From positions 15,079,585-15,143,584 of the forward strand of contig NC_057752.1 of the NCBI RefSeq assembly GCF_004010195.1: 64,000 nucleotides of DNA. Reading direction: 5' to 3'. Numbering within the stretch: position 1 is the first letter of the stretch; the number at the start of each line of letters is the position of its first letter. Under the pieces are notes generated by a model, which saw only the letters and a list, made by a program, of their open reading frames with translations, was not told the DNA's origin and ran no database searches. Position numbers and translations under genes: made by a program. Origin of the DNA: Chiloscyllium plagiosum. Lineage: Eukaryota. This document shows positions 23,010-36,269 of the stretch, in pieces.

Positions 23010-23840
23010 AATAAAACAATTTGCATTTGCACAGCATATTTAGAGTAGCAAAGCATCCCAAGGCATTTTACACAAGTGCAATCAGACAAAATTCCAAAGG
23101 AGGACGTATTAGGATGGAGTGGCCAAAAGCTTAGTCAAAGAAATAGGTTTGCTGCAGCTTCTTAACAAAGAAGTGTGAGGTTTGAGGAGAAACCTCTAGA
23201 GCCTAGGCACTGAGACTAGTTACGTAAGTGAGAATGTGTGAGGCCAGAGTTGGTGGCTTGCAGAATCTTCAGAGGGTTGAGTTAGCAGAGGTTACAAGGA
23301 TTGCAAGAGGTTTGAACACAAGGACAAGAAGTTTAAAATTGAGATAATGCCATATTGGAAGTCAATGTAGATAAGCAAATACAAGGATAATGATGAGAGT
23401 TCTTGTTGCGAGGTTAAGAAACGAGGCAACAACGTTTTGGATTAGCTCAAGATTTTGGAGGGCACAAATTGGAGAGGCAACAACAGCACTGCTGAGGATT
23501 TTAGCAGCAGGTTTGTTAGGACTAGGTGGAGAGGTGGTCTTTGTGTTGGAAGGCATGTGGAATTAGAGGCTAAGCTTGGGGACAGTTAGGATGTAGCATT
23601 TGAAAGCAGCCTGAAAGAATTGTTAAGTACGAAGATGGAATTGGTGGCTAGCCCTCAGAACCTGGATGTAAGATTACGGCTTTGGGAGTTATGATGCTTA
23701 GTTGGAGGACACTTTCGCTCATACAGTACTGGATGATGGGCAAATTGTGTTACAAAGCAACTGGCAGTGGTGTGTTCAAGAGCAATGTTAAAAGGTAAAG
23801 GTTGGATGTCACCAGCATTCATCATGAAACCTGATGGTTT
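23010..23840 (-). mobile_element. Ancient L2-like LINE remnant
   Basis: Minus-strand LQNLELIQNVVASFL..IIILVFAYLH(W)LP and a typical L2 3' end (CATCCCAAGGCATTTTACA on +). Confidence 0.55.
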
Positions 23841-24014
23841 CAGAGAGTCATATAGGTCCACAGCATGGAAATAGGCCCTTTGGCCCAACTTGCCCATGTT
23901 GCCCAGTTTTCACAATTAAAATAGTCCTATTTCCCATATCACTCCATACCTATCCCATCCTGAGGAGCAGCACGTGGATAAGAAATACCTTGGACCAAGG
24001 ATATATTCTCTGAG

Positions 24015-25235
24015 GACACGAAAATTGGAGGTGTAGTGAACAAAGAAGATGGTTACCTCAGAGTACACCAGGATTTTGATCAGATGGGCCAATGGGCTGA
24101 GGAGTGGCAGATGAAGTTTAATTTAGATAAATGTGAGGTGCTGTGTTTTGGAAAGACAAATCAGAGCAGGACTTATACACTTAATGGTAAGATCCTAGGG
24201 AGTATTGCTGAACAAAGAGACCTTGGAGTACAGGTTCATTGTTCCTTGAAAATTGAGTCATAGGTAGGTAGGATAGTGAAGAAGGCGTTTGGTATGTGTT
24301 CCTTTATTGGTCAGAGTATTGAGTACAGGAGTTGGGAGGTCATGTTGCAGGACATTGGTTTGGCCACTTTTGGAAAACTGTGCAATTCTGGTCTCCCTCC
24401 TATCGGAAGGATATTGTGAAACGTAAAATGGTTCAGAAAAGATTGACAAGGATTTGAGCTATAGGGAGAGGTTGAATAGGCTGGGGCTGTTTTCCCTGGA
24501 GCATCAGAGGTTGAGGGGATGACCTTATAGAGGTTTATAAAATCACAAGGGGCATGGATAGAGTAAATAGACAATGTCTACTCCCTGGGGTGAGGTGGGG
24601 GAGTTCAGACCGAGAGGGCATAAGTTTAGGGTGAGAGGGGAAAAATTTCAAAGGGACCTAAGGGGCAATATGTTCACGCAGAGGATGATACATGTATGGA
24701 ATGAGCTGCCAGAGGAAGTGGTGGAAGCTGGTAGAATTACAACATTTAAAAGACATCTGAATGGGTATATGAATAGAAAAGGTTTTTAGATTAGATTCCC
24801 TACAGTGTGGAAACGGGCCCTTCGGCCCAACAAGTCCATACCGACCCTCCGAAGAGCAACCCATCCAGACTCATTTCCCTACATTTATCCCTGACTAATA
24901 CACCTAACACTATGGGCAATTTAGCATGGCCAATTCACCTGACCTGCACATCTTCGGACTGTGGGAGGAAACCGGGGCACCCAGAGGAAACCCATGCAGA
25001 CACGGGGAGAATGTGCAAACTCCACACAGACAGTCGCCCAAGGCTGGAATTGAACCTGGGTCTCTGGCGCTGTGAAGCAGCAGTGCTAACCACTGAACCA
25101 CTGTGCTGCCCCAGGGTTTTGAGGGATATGGACCGAGTGCTGGCAAATGGGACTAGATTAGGTTGGGATATCTGGTCAGCATGGACGAGTTGGACCTAAA
25201 TGTCTGTTTCCATGCTGTACTTCTGTATGACTCTG
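24015..25235 (+). mobile_element. CR1 LINE RT/3' end, host of an antisense HE1
   Basis: DTKIGGV..WAEEWQMKFNLDKCEV, RGNMFTQRMIHVWNELPEEVVEAG, TATGACTCT tail. Confidence 0.9.
24787..25110 (-). mobile_element. HE1 V-SINE, full length
   Basis: tRNA head, V-domain, CR1-like 3' end and (AATCT)n tail. Confidence 0.9.
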
Positions 25236-25634
25236 TGACCTGAGAGGTAACATTTGGGACATATACAGATAGTCCAGGAGATGATATGGTCAACCATATC
25301 AAAGACTGAAGATAATTTATTACTGTCATAAACTTCATTTGTGACTTTGACTACAACCATTTCAAAACTATAACAGAATAAAAATTGACTGGAGAATGTG
25401 AAGTTGCAGGAAACATTGAGCAGAAATTTGAGAGGCGACATTTAGAAAGAAAGGGGAAATTGGAGGCAGAGTGGTCACTTACAAGGATAGAATTGAATAT
25501 CTTTTTTTAGGTACAGCTATTGCTGACTCAGACCAAGGTCCTAGAACTGACCAGGCGAGACTAAGTTCCACAATAAAGTCAGCATTTTACTGACATTTGC
25601 ATATATGCAAATCCTCCAACAAGGCCCTTTGATA

Positions 25635-26365
25635 TTGCCCTACCATTCAATAAGATCATGACTGATCTGATTTTAACCTCAGCTCCACATTCCTGCATAC
25701 CTCTAGATAATCTTTCATTCCCTTGGTCATCAAGAATCTGTCTACCTCTGTCTTAAAAATATTTAAAGATTCTGCATTCACTGCCTTTTGAGGACAGGAA
25801 TTTAGATGAGGAGAGAATAATTTTTCCTCATCCCTGTCTTAAATTAACAATCCCTTATTTTTAAATTATGGTCCTCAGTTCTACATTCTCTCTCAAAATG
25901 GAATATACTTTTGTCATCAAGTCAGGATCTTTAATCTCTCAATTAAGTTATCTCTCACTCTTCTAAACTCCCAATCTATTAACATCTTTCTGTAAGTACA
26001 GTGACCAGCATAACCTCCCTACTCTTGCATTCAATTCCCCTCTCAATAAACCACAACATTCTATTGGCTATTCTGATTACTTGCTGTACCTGCATACTAA
26101 TCTTCATTACTTCAACTCCCCATCTCACTGCACCTCAAAGCTCTGCAATCTCTCGCCATTTAGATAATTTTCTTTTTAAGTCTTTCTGCCAAAATGGACA
26201 ATTTCACACTTTTCTGCATTGTACCCATTTGCCAGATATACCCTGTCATTTCACCTATCTATATCCCTTTCTAGGCTCCTCATATCCTTTTTACAACTTA
26301 CTTTCCTACCTAACTTTATGTCATCAGCAGACATAGCTACCATGCCTTTGATTCCTTCTTCTAAA
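25635..26365 (-). mobile_element. Old CR1 fragment (continues at about 28530-28790)
   Basis: Degenerate RT C-terminus/3' UTR on the minus strand. Confidence 0.65.
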
Positions 26366-26366
26366 T

Positions 26367-28525
26367 GAGTATTTTGCATCAGTGTTTACTGTGGCGAAGG
26401 ATGTGGCAGATAGCGAACTTGGAGAAATAAATAGTGATCTCTTGAAAAGAGGAGGTGGTGCTGGACGTCTTAAAATGCATAAAGATGGATAAATCCCTGG
26501 GACCTGATCATGTGTGTCCCAGAACTTTGTGGGAAGCTAGGGAAGTAATTGCTGGAGGTATTTATATCATTGATAGCCATGGGTGAGATGCCGGAAGACT
26601 GGAGGATGGCTAGTGTGGTGCCATTATTCAAGAAAGGTGGTAATGAAAAGTCAGAGAAGTGTAAACCGGTGAGCCTGACTTCAGTGGTAGGTAAGTTGTT
26701 GGAGGGGATTCTGAGGGACACAATTTACACATATTTGGAGATGCAAGGATTGATTATGGATAGTCAATCCATAATCAATGTGTGTGGGAAATGTGTGTGG
26801 GAAATCTCGTCTCTCTAACTTGATGGAGTTATTTTGAAGAAGTGACAACGAAGACTGATGGAAGATAGAACGGTGAACGTCATTTATCTGGACTTTAGCA
26901 AGACATTCAACAAGGTTCCGCATGGTAGACTGGTTAGCAAGGATAATGGGAGCAGAGTAGGATGCCCCAGCCAGTGCTCCTCCATTCCACCCATTCTTTT
27001 CCTTTTTTCTTTTTTTCCTCTCCCTCTCTCCTCCCTTCTCTCAGCCTCTGACACCTGGCCCCGGCCTGCATCACAGTGTCAATGGTCAATGAAGATGCCA
27101 GTGGCCACAGCAGGGACGTGAGCGTGGTGGCAATGCCCCAGTATGGGAGTGTGGCGGCAGCTAGCGGCCAGACCAGATGGAGGCCTTCGCATTGGGTCTG
27201 CTACAGAGAGGCTTTGGAGAGAGACGATGATGTTTGTCTTTCTAACTTTGCTTTTTGTTTTTCTGATCTATGGTCGTATTGTGTATGACTGTAATGTAAG
27301 TTTCCTTCATTTCTCTATTCTGTAACAAAGGATTGTACCGAGGTACCTTTGAACCTAAGATGGCGCTGAAGTGGTGACCTATAGACTTTTCAGTGTACTC
27401 ACTTGAGGACGTGCCAACAAAGCTAATTCAATTCAATCACATTGAATCCAGGGAGAGCTAGCCCTTTGGATACAAAATTGCCTTGAAGGTAGGAGGCAGA
27501 GAGTGATGTTGAAGTGTTGTTTTTCTGACTTGGGGCCTGTGTCCAGCAGTGTGCCACAAAGATCAATGCTGGGTCCACCAATGCTTTTTGTCATTTATAT
27601 AAATAATTTGGATGTGAATATAGGAGGAATGGCTAGTAAGTTTGCAGATGGCACCAAAATTGATGGTGTAGTAGACAGTGAAGAAGGTTATCTCTGAGTA
27701 CAACAGGACCTTGATCAGATGGGCCATTTGGGTGAGGAGTGGCAGATGGAGTTTAACTTAGATAAAAGTGAGGTGTTGCGTTTTCATACGGCAAATCAGG
27801 CAGGACTTATACACTTAATGGTAGGGTCCTGGGAGTGTTGTCAAAGAGACCCTGGGATGCATGTTCATATTTCCTTGAAAATGGAGTCACAGATAGACAG
27901 GGTAGTGAAGAAGTCATTTGATATGTTTGCCTTCATTAGTCGGTGCATTGAGTATAGGAGTTGGGATGTCATGTTGCGGATGTACAGGACATTGGTTAGG
28001 CCACTTTTGGAATACTGCATTCAATTTTCCCTGCTATAGGAAAGTTGTTCAGTTTGAAAGGGTTCAGAAAAAATTGACAAAGAACTTGCTAGGTTTGAAC
28101 AGTTTGTGCTACAGGGAAAAACTGAATAGGCTGAGGCTTTCTTCCTTGTAGCACAGGAGGCTGTGGGGTGACCTTACAGAAGTCTATAAAATCAGGGTCA
28201 TGGATGGGGTTAACGACCAAGGTTTTTTCCCAGGGTAGTGGCGACCAAAACTAGAGGTTTAGGGTGAGAGGGGAAAGATTTAAAAGGGACCTAAGGGGTA
28301 ACCTTTTCACGCAGAGGGTGGTACGTATATGGAATGAGCTGCCAGAGGAAGTGGTGGAAGCTGGTACAATTACAGCATTTAAAAGGCATTTGGATGGGTA
28401 TATGAATAGGAAGGATTTAGAGGGATATGGGCCAAATCCTGACAAATTAGACTTGATTAATTTAGGATACCTGGTCGGCATGGACGAGTCGGACCAAAGG
28501 GTCTGTTTCCGTGCTGTATGACTCA
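26367..28525 (+). mobile_element. CR1 LINE ORF2 (RT) to 3' end
   Basis: GEMPEDWRMASVVPLFKKG..KPVSLTSVVGKLLE, VIYLDFSKTFNKVPH, FADGTKI, RGNLFTQRVVRIWNELP. Confidence 0.92.
26945..27437 (+). mobile_element. Unclassified non-autonomous retroposon with a Rex1/Babar-like 3' tail, inserted in CR1
   Basis: Interrupts the CR1 RT; GC-richer non-coding body ending ACTTTTCAGTGTAC...AATTCAATTCAA, like the tails at about 2040-2093 and 22870-22921. Confidence 0.5.
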
Positions 28526-30459
28526 GTAATTTTTGTAAATTGTGAAGAGTTGAGATCTCAGCACTGGTCCCTGTGGCACACCAGTCATGACATCCTGCCA
28601 GCCTGAAAAAGACCCATTTATTCCTACTTTCTGCTTCATGTTAGCCAGTCAATGTTCCGTCCATGCTATTTTGTTACTCCATGCATCATGAGCTTTTGTT
28701 TCCCATAATAACCTTTGATGTGTCAACCTATCAGATGCCTTGTGGAAATCTAAATACATTATGTCCACTGGTTCCCCTTTATCTCCAGCTCAAGCTACTT
28801 CTTGGGAATAGAGAGCGAGAACAGATGAACACGTGGCTGCAGGGCTGGTGTAGGAGAGAAGGCTTCAGATATGTGGATCATTGGGATACCTTCTTGGGGA
28901 AGGTAGGACCTGTACAAGAAGGATGGGTTGCACCTGAACTGAAGGGACACCAATATTCTGGCTGGGAGGTTTGCTAGAGCTCTTCAGGAGGGTTTAAACT
29001 AGATTGGCAGGGGTCTGGGAATCTGAGCTACGGATCAGATGATGGAGTAGCCAGATACAGTGTGCAGAGAGTCTGTGAGGAGGGATAGGAACTTGATGGG
29101 GCAAAGATACAGTCAGTGTGATGGCTTGAAGTGTGTCTATTTTAATGCAAGAAGTATAAGGAATAAGGGGGACAAAGTCAGAGCATGGATCAGTACTTGG
29201 AACTATGATGTTGTGGCCATTACAGCGATTTGGATATTAGAGGGACAGGAGTGTTTGTTGGATGTTCCAGGGTTTTAGATGTTTCAAAAGGCATACTGGG
29301 GTAGATAAAAGGGGTGGAGGAGTGGCATTGCTAATCAGGGATAATATAACAGCTGCAGAAAGGGAGATAGTCGAGAAGGGTTTGTCTACAGAGTCAGTGT
29401 GGATGAAAGTCAGAAACAGGAAAGGAGCAGTCACTTTATTGGGAGTTTTCTATAGCCCCGCCCAATAGCAACAGTGACACAGAAGAGCAGATTGAGAGGC
29501 AGATTTCTAAAGATGCAGAAGTAACAGGGCAATTGTCATGGGTGACTTTAACTTCCCGAATATTGATTGGAACCTACTGAGTTCAACTAGTTTGACTGGA
29601 GCATTTTTGGCAGGTGTGTACAGAAAGTGTTTGTGACGCAATATATAGATAGGCCGACTAGAGGGGACACCATATTGGATTTGGTACTTGGCAACGAACC
29701 ATGCCAGGTGTCAGATCTCTCAGTAGGAGAGCATTTCGGTGATAGTGATCACAAGTCCAGGGACTTTACTATAGTCATGGGAGAGGGATAGAAGCAGATG
29801 GTATAGGAAAGCATTTATTTGGGGAGGGGAATTACAATGCTATTAGGCAAGAACTGGGGTACCTAAATTGGGAGCAGATGTTCTCAGGGAAATACACGAC
29901 AGAAATGTGGAGTTCGTTTAGGAAGCACTTGCTGATAGTGCTGAATAGGTTTGTCTTGCTGAGGCAAGGAAGAGATAGTAGGTTGAAAGAACCTTGGGTG
30001 ACAAGGGATGTGGAACATCTAGTCAAGAGAAAAAAGGAAGTTTACTTAAGTTTGAGGATGCAAGGATCAGACAGGGCCTTAGAGGGTTACTAGGTAGCCA
30101 AGAAGGAACTGAATAATGGACTTAAGAGGGCTGGAAGGGGGCATGAAAAGCCTTGACGGATTGAATGAAGGAAAACCCCAAGGCATCCTACACTTGTGAG
30201 GAACAACAGGATGGCCAGAGTAAAGGTTGGGCTGATCAGGGATAGTGGAGGGAACTTGCCCCTGGAGTCGGAGGAAGTAGGGGAGGTCCTTAATGAATAC
30301 TTTACTTCAGTATGCACTAGTGAGAGGGACCTTGACATTTCTGAGAACAGCGCGAAACAGACTGATATGCTTGAACAGGTTGATTGTTAGGAAGGAGGAT
30401 GTGCTGAAAATTTTGAAAAGCATTAATCCCCTGGGCCAGATGGGATATACCCTAGGTTA

Positions 30460-30652
30460 GAGCTGAAAATGTGTTGCTAGAAAAGCGCAGCAGGTCAGGC
30501 AGCATCCAAGGCGCAGGAGAATCGACATTTCGGGCATGAGCCCTTCCTGAAACATCGATTCTCCTGTTCCCTGGATGCTGCCTGACCTGCGCTTTTCCAG
30601 CAACACATTTTCAGCTCTGATCTCCAGCATCTGCAGTCCTCACTTTCTCCTA
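30460..30652. mobile_element. PLE family A fold-back mini-element
   Basis: Inverted arms of about 70 bp meeting within the hammerhead region; 13-bp TSD ATACCCTAGGTTA at 30447-30459 and 30653-30665. Confidence 0.88.
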
Positions 30653-31697
30653 ATACCCTAGGTTACTACAGGAAGCAAGGGGCGAGATTGCTGCTCCTTT
30701 GGCAATGATCTTTGCATCCTCACTGTCCACTGGAGTAGTGCCAGATGATTGGAGGGTGGCAAATGTTATCCCTTTTGTTCATAAAAGGGAGTAGGGATAA
30801 TCCTGGGAATTACAGACCAGTCAGCCTTAAGTTAATAGTGAACAAAGTTTTGGAAAGTGTGATGAGAGACAGGATTTTTGATTTCTTGGAAATGCAGTTT
30901 GATTAGAGAATATCGGCATGGCTTTGTGAGGGGCAGGTCATGCCTCAAGCCTTATTGAATTCTTTGAGGATGTGACAAAACACAAGGATGAAGGCAAAGC
31001 AGTGGATGTGGTGGACATGGATTTTAGCAAGGTGTTCCCCGTGGTAGGCTCATTCAGAAAATAAGGAGGCATGGGATACAGGGACATCTGGCTGCCTGGA
31101 TACTGAATTGGCTTGCCCATAGAAGACAGAGGGTGGTAGTAGATGGAAAGTATTCAACCTGGAGTTCTGTTACCAGTGGTGTTCCGCAGGGATCTGTTCA
31201 GGGACCTCTGCTCTTGTGATTTTTATAAATGACTTGGATGAGGAAGTGGAAGGGCAGGTTAGTAAGTATGTAGATGACAGAAAGGTCGATGGTGTTGTGG
31301 ATATTGTGGAGGGCTGTTGTAGGTTGCAACAGGACATTGGCAGGATGTGGGAGCTGGGCTGAGACATGGCAAATGGAGTTCACCCTGGAAAAGTGTGAAG
31401 TGATTCATTTTGTAAGGTCAAATTTGAATGCAGAATACAGGGTTAAAGGCAGGATTCTTAGCAGTGTGGAGGAACAGAGGGATCTTCGGGTCCATGTCCA
31501 TAGATCCCTCAAAGTTGCCACCCAGGTTGATAGGGTTGTTAAGAAGGCATACAGTGTGTTGGTTTTCATTAGCGGGGGATTGAGTTTACCAGCTCTATAA
31601 AGCCCTAGTTAGACCACATTTAGAATATTGTGTTTGGTTCTGGCCGCCTCATTATAGGGAAGGTGTGGAAGGTTTAGAGAGGGTGCAGAGGAGATTT

Positions 31698-32161
31698 GAG
31701 GAGAAAGTGAGATCTGCAGATGCTGGAGATTAGAGCTGAAAATGTGTTGCTGGAAAAGCGCAGCAGGTCAGGCAGCAAGACAAGGTGGGGGGATGGGAAA
31801 TGAGGAAACTGGTGAAATCCTTGTTCATCCCTTGTGGTTGGAGGGTTCCTCGGCGGAAGATGAGGCGCTCTTCCTCCAACCGTCGTTTTGTTGTGGTCTG
31901 GCGATGGAGGAGTCCAAGGACCTGCATATCCTTGGTGGAGTGGGAGGGGGAGTTGAAGTGTTGAGCCACAGGGTGGTTGGGTTGGTTGGTCCGGGTGTCC
32001 CAGAGGTGTTCTCTGAAACGCTCCGCAAGTAGGCTATGTTGACTCTGCCAGATGATGTGTGTGGAGGTGCAGGTGAATTTGTGGCGGATATGGAAGTTTC
32101 CTTTGGGACCTTGGAGAGAGGTGAGGGGGGAGGTGTGGGCGCAAGTCTTGCACCTCCTGCG
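31698..32161 (-). mobile_element. PLE family A, 5'-truncated with GIY-YIG region and internal deletions
   Basis: RRRCKTCAHT..FHIRHKFTCTSTHII..LAERFREHL..PVAQHFNSPSHS..RRLEEERLIF.GTLQPQGMN; TSD GAGGAGATTT at 31688-31697 and 32162-32171. Confidence 0.9.
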
Positions 32162-32599
32162 GAGGAGATTTACCAGGTTGTTGCCTGGACTGAAGGGCAT
32201 GTCTTATGAAGAAAGGTTGTGAGAAAGCTAGGGCTTTTCTAATTGGAGTGAAGGATAAGAGGTAACTTGATAGAGGTGTACGAGATGCTGAGAGGGATAG
32301 ATAGAGTGGATAGCCAGAGACCTTTTTCCCATGGCAGAAATGTCTATCATGAGGGGGCGTTTTATGGTAATTGGACAAAGGTTTCGGGGAGATGTCAGGG
32401 ATAGGTTCTTTACACAGAGTGGTGGGTGTGTGGAATGCACTGCCAGCAGTGGTAGTAGAGTCAGATACAGGAGGGCCATGGACTCGGCACATGGACGATA
32501 GAACAATGAAGGGTATGTAGGGTCTGACCTTAGAGTAGGATAAAAGGCTGGTACAACGTCGAGAGCCGTAGGGCCAGTAGTGTGCTGTACTGTTCTATG

Positions 32600-34960
32600 T
32601 TCGTCAAATAGTTCTGATAAATTGGTTAAACATGATTTCCATTTCACATAACTATGTTGACTCTGCCAGATTACTTTCAACTTATCGAGGCGTCCTGTTA
32701 TAATGTCTTTAATAATAGCTTCTAACATTTTCCCTATGACAGATGTTAAGCTAACTGGTCTGAAGCTTCTTGCTTTCTGCCTTCTCCCTTTTTGAATAGA
32801 GGGGTTACGTTAGCTGTTTTCCAATCAAAAAGAACCTTCCCCAAATCTAATGAGATTCAGAAAATTAAAGTCAACACCTCAATACATCACTGGCACCTCT
32901 TTTGACTCCATCAGCTGAAATCCATCAAGACCCAGGGACTTTCACCAGTTTACTAGGTACTACTTCCCTGGTAATTATAATTTTCTTAAGTTCCTTCCCC
33001 TTTTCAATTCCTGATTTACAGCTATTTCTGCAATGCTACTTGTATCCTGTCTAGTGAAGATCGATGCAAAATATCTGTTCAATTCCTCTGTCAGCTTTTA
33101 CCTTCCATTACTAATTTCCCAAATTCATTTTTTTATCGGATCAACACTTCCAGTAGTTCTTTCCTGTGCTTCCTGAAATATCCCGTTAAATGTTTGTAAA
33201 TCCATCTTAACTGATCTGTCCATTAATATAAATTGCCCGTTCACTTTCACATGCCGTTGTAATTGCCCTTATTTAAATTAAAAATGGTAGACTTAGACAC
33301 ACACTTCTCACCCTTAAACTGTATGCAAAATTCAATCATATTATGGTTTCTGCTGCACAGAGGTGTTTTCACTGTGAAGTCAGCAGTTAATCGTATCTCA
33401 TTGGTGAAAACCGGATCTCGTAAGCCTGCTGTCCAGGTGGTGCCATAGCATGCTGCTCTAAGAAATTGTCTCAAAAACATTCAATTAATTCCTCATGTAG
33501 ACTACCTTTTCCTCATGTGTTTTTTCCTGTCTATATGTAGCTTAAAACTCCCTGCTGATAATTGCTATGTCCTACCATGTGGTTACTGGAAGGGGACCTC
33601 TACACAACACCTACAAGTGACCTGTTGCCTTTATCATTCCTCATCTCTACTCAGACTGCTTCTAAATCCTGGGTTCCAGAATTGAGGTCGAATTTCTCTA
33701 TTATGCTAATATCGTCTGCAATTAACAGAGTCTTTCCTTCATCATTTCTGAACATTCTGTTCTTCCTATGTGTTACATATCCTTCAATGTTCAGGTCCCA
33801 ATTTCAGTCGTCCTGCAGCCATGTCTCAGTTATGACCACTAGATTGGACTTCTTTGTTTCAATTTATTATACAGGTTTATCTATTTTGTTTTGAATACGA
33901 TGTGCATTCAAGTGTACCTTACGTTTTGGCCTATTTGTTATTTTTGTACCACTTGTCTTATACATTTATCTCTTGGATCTGCCTTCTCTGTCCCTTTCTG
34001 TCATTATCTGTTTATCATTTCCAATATTAATTCCTCTGTTCACCATAACTTGCCAAATTTTTTACACTTGTCTCTATTATTTAGTTTATGTCTCTAGTTA
34101 TGCAGTTTACAAGACCACCACTTACAGTACGGTTCAAGTGCAGACTGGTACAGATTTCACTTTTCTCAGCATTGGCACCAGTGTCAGAACCTACTTCTCC
34201 CACACCAGTCTTTCAGCCACTCATTCACTTTTCTTACCTTGTTTACCCTATGTCAGTTTGCATGTGGCTCATGTAATCCAGAGATTAATACCTTTTGAGG
34301 TTCTCCTTCTTAATTTGGCATTTAGCTCCTCCTATTGGCTATGCAGAGCATCTTTCCTCATTCTGCATATGTCATTGGTACCTACGTGGACCATAACAAC
34401 TGGATCTTCCACCTTCCACAGCCCAGAGCAGAAATCCTAAACCCTGGCGCTGGACAGACAAGCTGTCTCGACTCATGCTCTTTGCTACAGAAAACTGTAT
34501 CATTCCCTCCCTCACTATGCTGAATAAACTATCACTACATTCCTCTCAGCTACCCCCGCCATCAACATCAAGGCTTCTTTTACCATGGTGCCATGGCCAT
34601 TTAGCTCAACTATTCCACAGCCCTTGCTCTCATCCAAACAAGCTGAGAGAACCTTAGACGTGTGGACAAGTGCAGAGATTGATAATCCTGCACTCCCGTC
34701 CTCTCAGTCCCCCTACCTTAAGGTCAAGTCCTCCACCCCGACCACTCTCTGCCTATATCAGAATACCCTGTCCTCAGAGGTGTAACTGCCTCCTGGTACA
34801 AAGAATCCAGATTACTTTCCCATTGCTTGATATGTTGCAGTGTTTGTAGCTCAGCCTCCGGCTTCTAAACTTTGAGCCGAAGGTGTTTGTCATGTTTGCA
34901 CCAGTGCTGTTTGCGCTCAGTCACAATGGTATCCATGAGTTCTCACATACTCCAGCTTTG
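32600..34960 (-). mobile_element. Old CR1 LINE (RT start, APE and ORF1 remnants)
   Basis: Minus-strand MLEAIIKDIITGRLDK..QHSYVKWKSCLTNL and PLCSRNHNMIEF remnants. Confidence 0.75.
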
Positions 34961-36039
34961 ATGCATCATCTATACTCCATTCCTAATGGGTTTTAATTAA
35001 TTATTTAGTTATATTATTCATTTATTATGCTTTTTATTTATTATGTTAACTTTACCACCAATGTGCATACCACACACAAACTTGAGAATAAAATAGACTT
35101 CAACCAATTAACAGATACTCACTCCTGATGAGGTGGCGTCTGTGTCAGATCTGATGTTTGGTTTGACCTTCCTATGTTCAAATCCACCTTTTCCAGTACC
35201 AGCCAATGAACGTTTGAGTTAATGTTTCCTCCTCTAAGATGACCATTCCTGGTCTGGAAAGACAGTGGCTCCATGCTAAGTATAAACTGTTAAGTTATTC
35301 AAAGGAGCTGAACTTAATTTTGAGCTGCAGCTATCCAAATTAATTAAGTTTTGTGACTGAAACTCAGAATTAGTTATGCCTGGGAAGTTTTGGAGGGGAA
35401 ATTGAAAACATCTTAGCTCCTGATTTGTACAGGAATGTTGGCATTTTCATTTTGTTTTTGTAAGATCGTATCAAAAACTTGTGCTGTTTGTTTTTTCTTT
35501 GAATTCCTTCATTTGGATTTATTTCTGCTGATTACTTTGCTCATATGGTGTCATTCTTTCCATGAGATACAGCACGTAGGTAAGATGTCAGTGGAAATGG
35601 GATACAAGACAAGTTTGCAAAACCTGGCTCAGTAAGTAAAAAGTCCCATTCTAGGATTAGAAAGAAAGCTGTGGGAATGTGAAGTCCAATAGAAAGCAGC
35701 TGTTTTGGAAAATGGCTAAATTGGAATTGTTAAAATGAGCATTAATCTGAAATTTGGTGTAAATCAGATATCCTTTTATCCAGCTTCTGTGGCTTGGCAG
35801 CTCTGGAAATATTTTCCATACTTCTGCAGTGACTTAGATAATTCATTTTGAAGTATTCTCCACTTTCCCAACGTTTACAAAATCGATTTTCTGATAGAAC
35901 GGCAGTGAGCATTGCTCAGTAGATAGATTTGCCACTAGATACAAAGTTCAAGGTTCAATCTCCGGTACAAGGACTGGGTCACATTTGACCGATGCCTGCA
36001 AGGATGAAGTGCACAGGGTACATTAGTACTGTGAAAGGG

Positions 36040-36257
36040 GTTGGTTAGCTGGATGGTTGATTTGCAATACAGAGTGATGCCAGCAGCACGGGTTCAATTT
36101 CCATACTGGCTGAGGTTAACATGAAAGTCACACCTTCTCAACCTCAGCCCATGCCTGTGCCATGGTGACCCTCAGGTTAAACCACCACCAGTCTCGTGAG
36201 AGAGAGAGAGCAGCCCATTGTCTGCTAGCATTATGACAACTTTACCTTTTACCTTTA
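36040..36257 (+). mobile_element. tRNA-derived SINE, second family
   Basis: B-box-like GGGTTCAATTTCC, body GGTGACCCTCAGGTTAAACCACCACCAGTC, (TTTACC)n tail; homologous to 2465-2620. Confidence 0.7.
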
Positions 36258-36269
36258 CGTGCATACATG

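Larger units (their letters stand above)
28790..32600 (+). mobile_element. Long CR1 LINE (ORF1 esterase end, APE, RT, 3' tail), disrupted; hosts two PLE insertions
   Basis: MNTWLQGWCRREGFRYVDHW, KCVYFNARSIRNK..YDVVAIT, RGGGVALLIR, GDFNFPNIDW, GDSDH, RT motifs and TTCTATG tail. Confidence 0.95.

Noticed and set aside
25500..25565. Acceptor-like TTTTTTTAG|G as a possible exon
   Set aside because: No SPRYD3 similarity and no good donor nearby.
28790..32600. Potentially active full-length LINE
   Set aside because: 5' part missing, many stops and frameshifts, two insertions.
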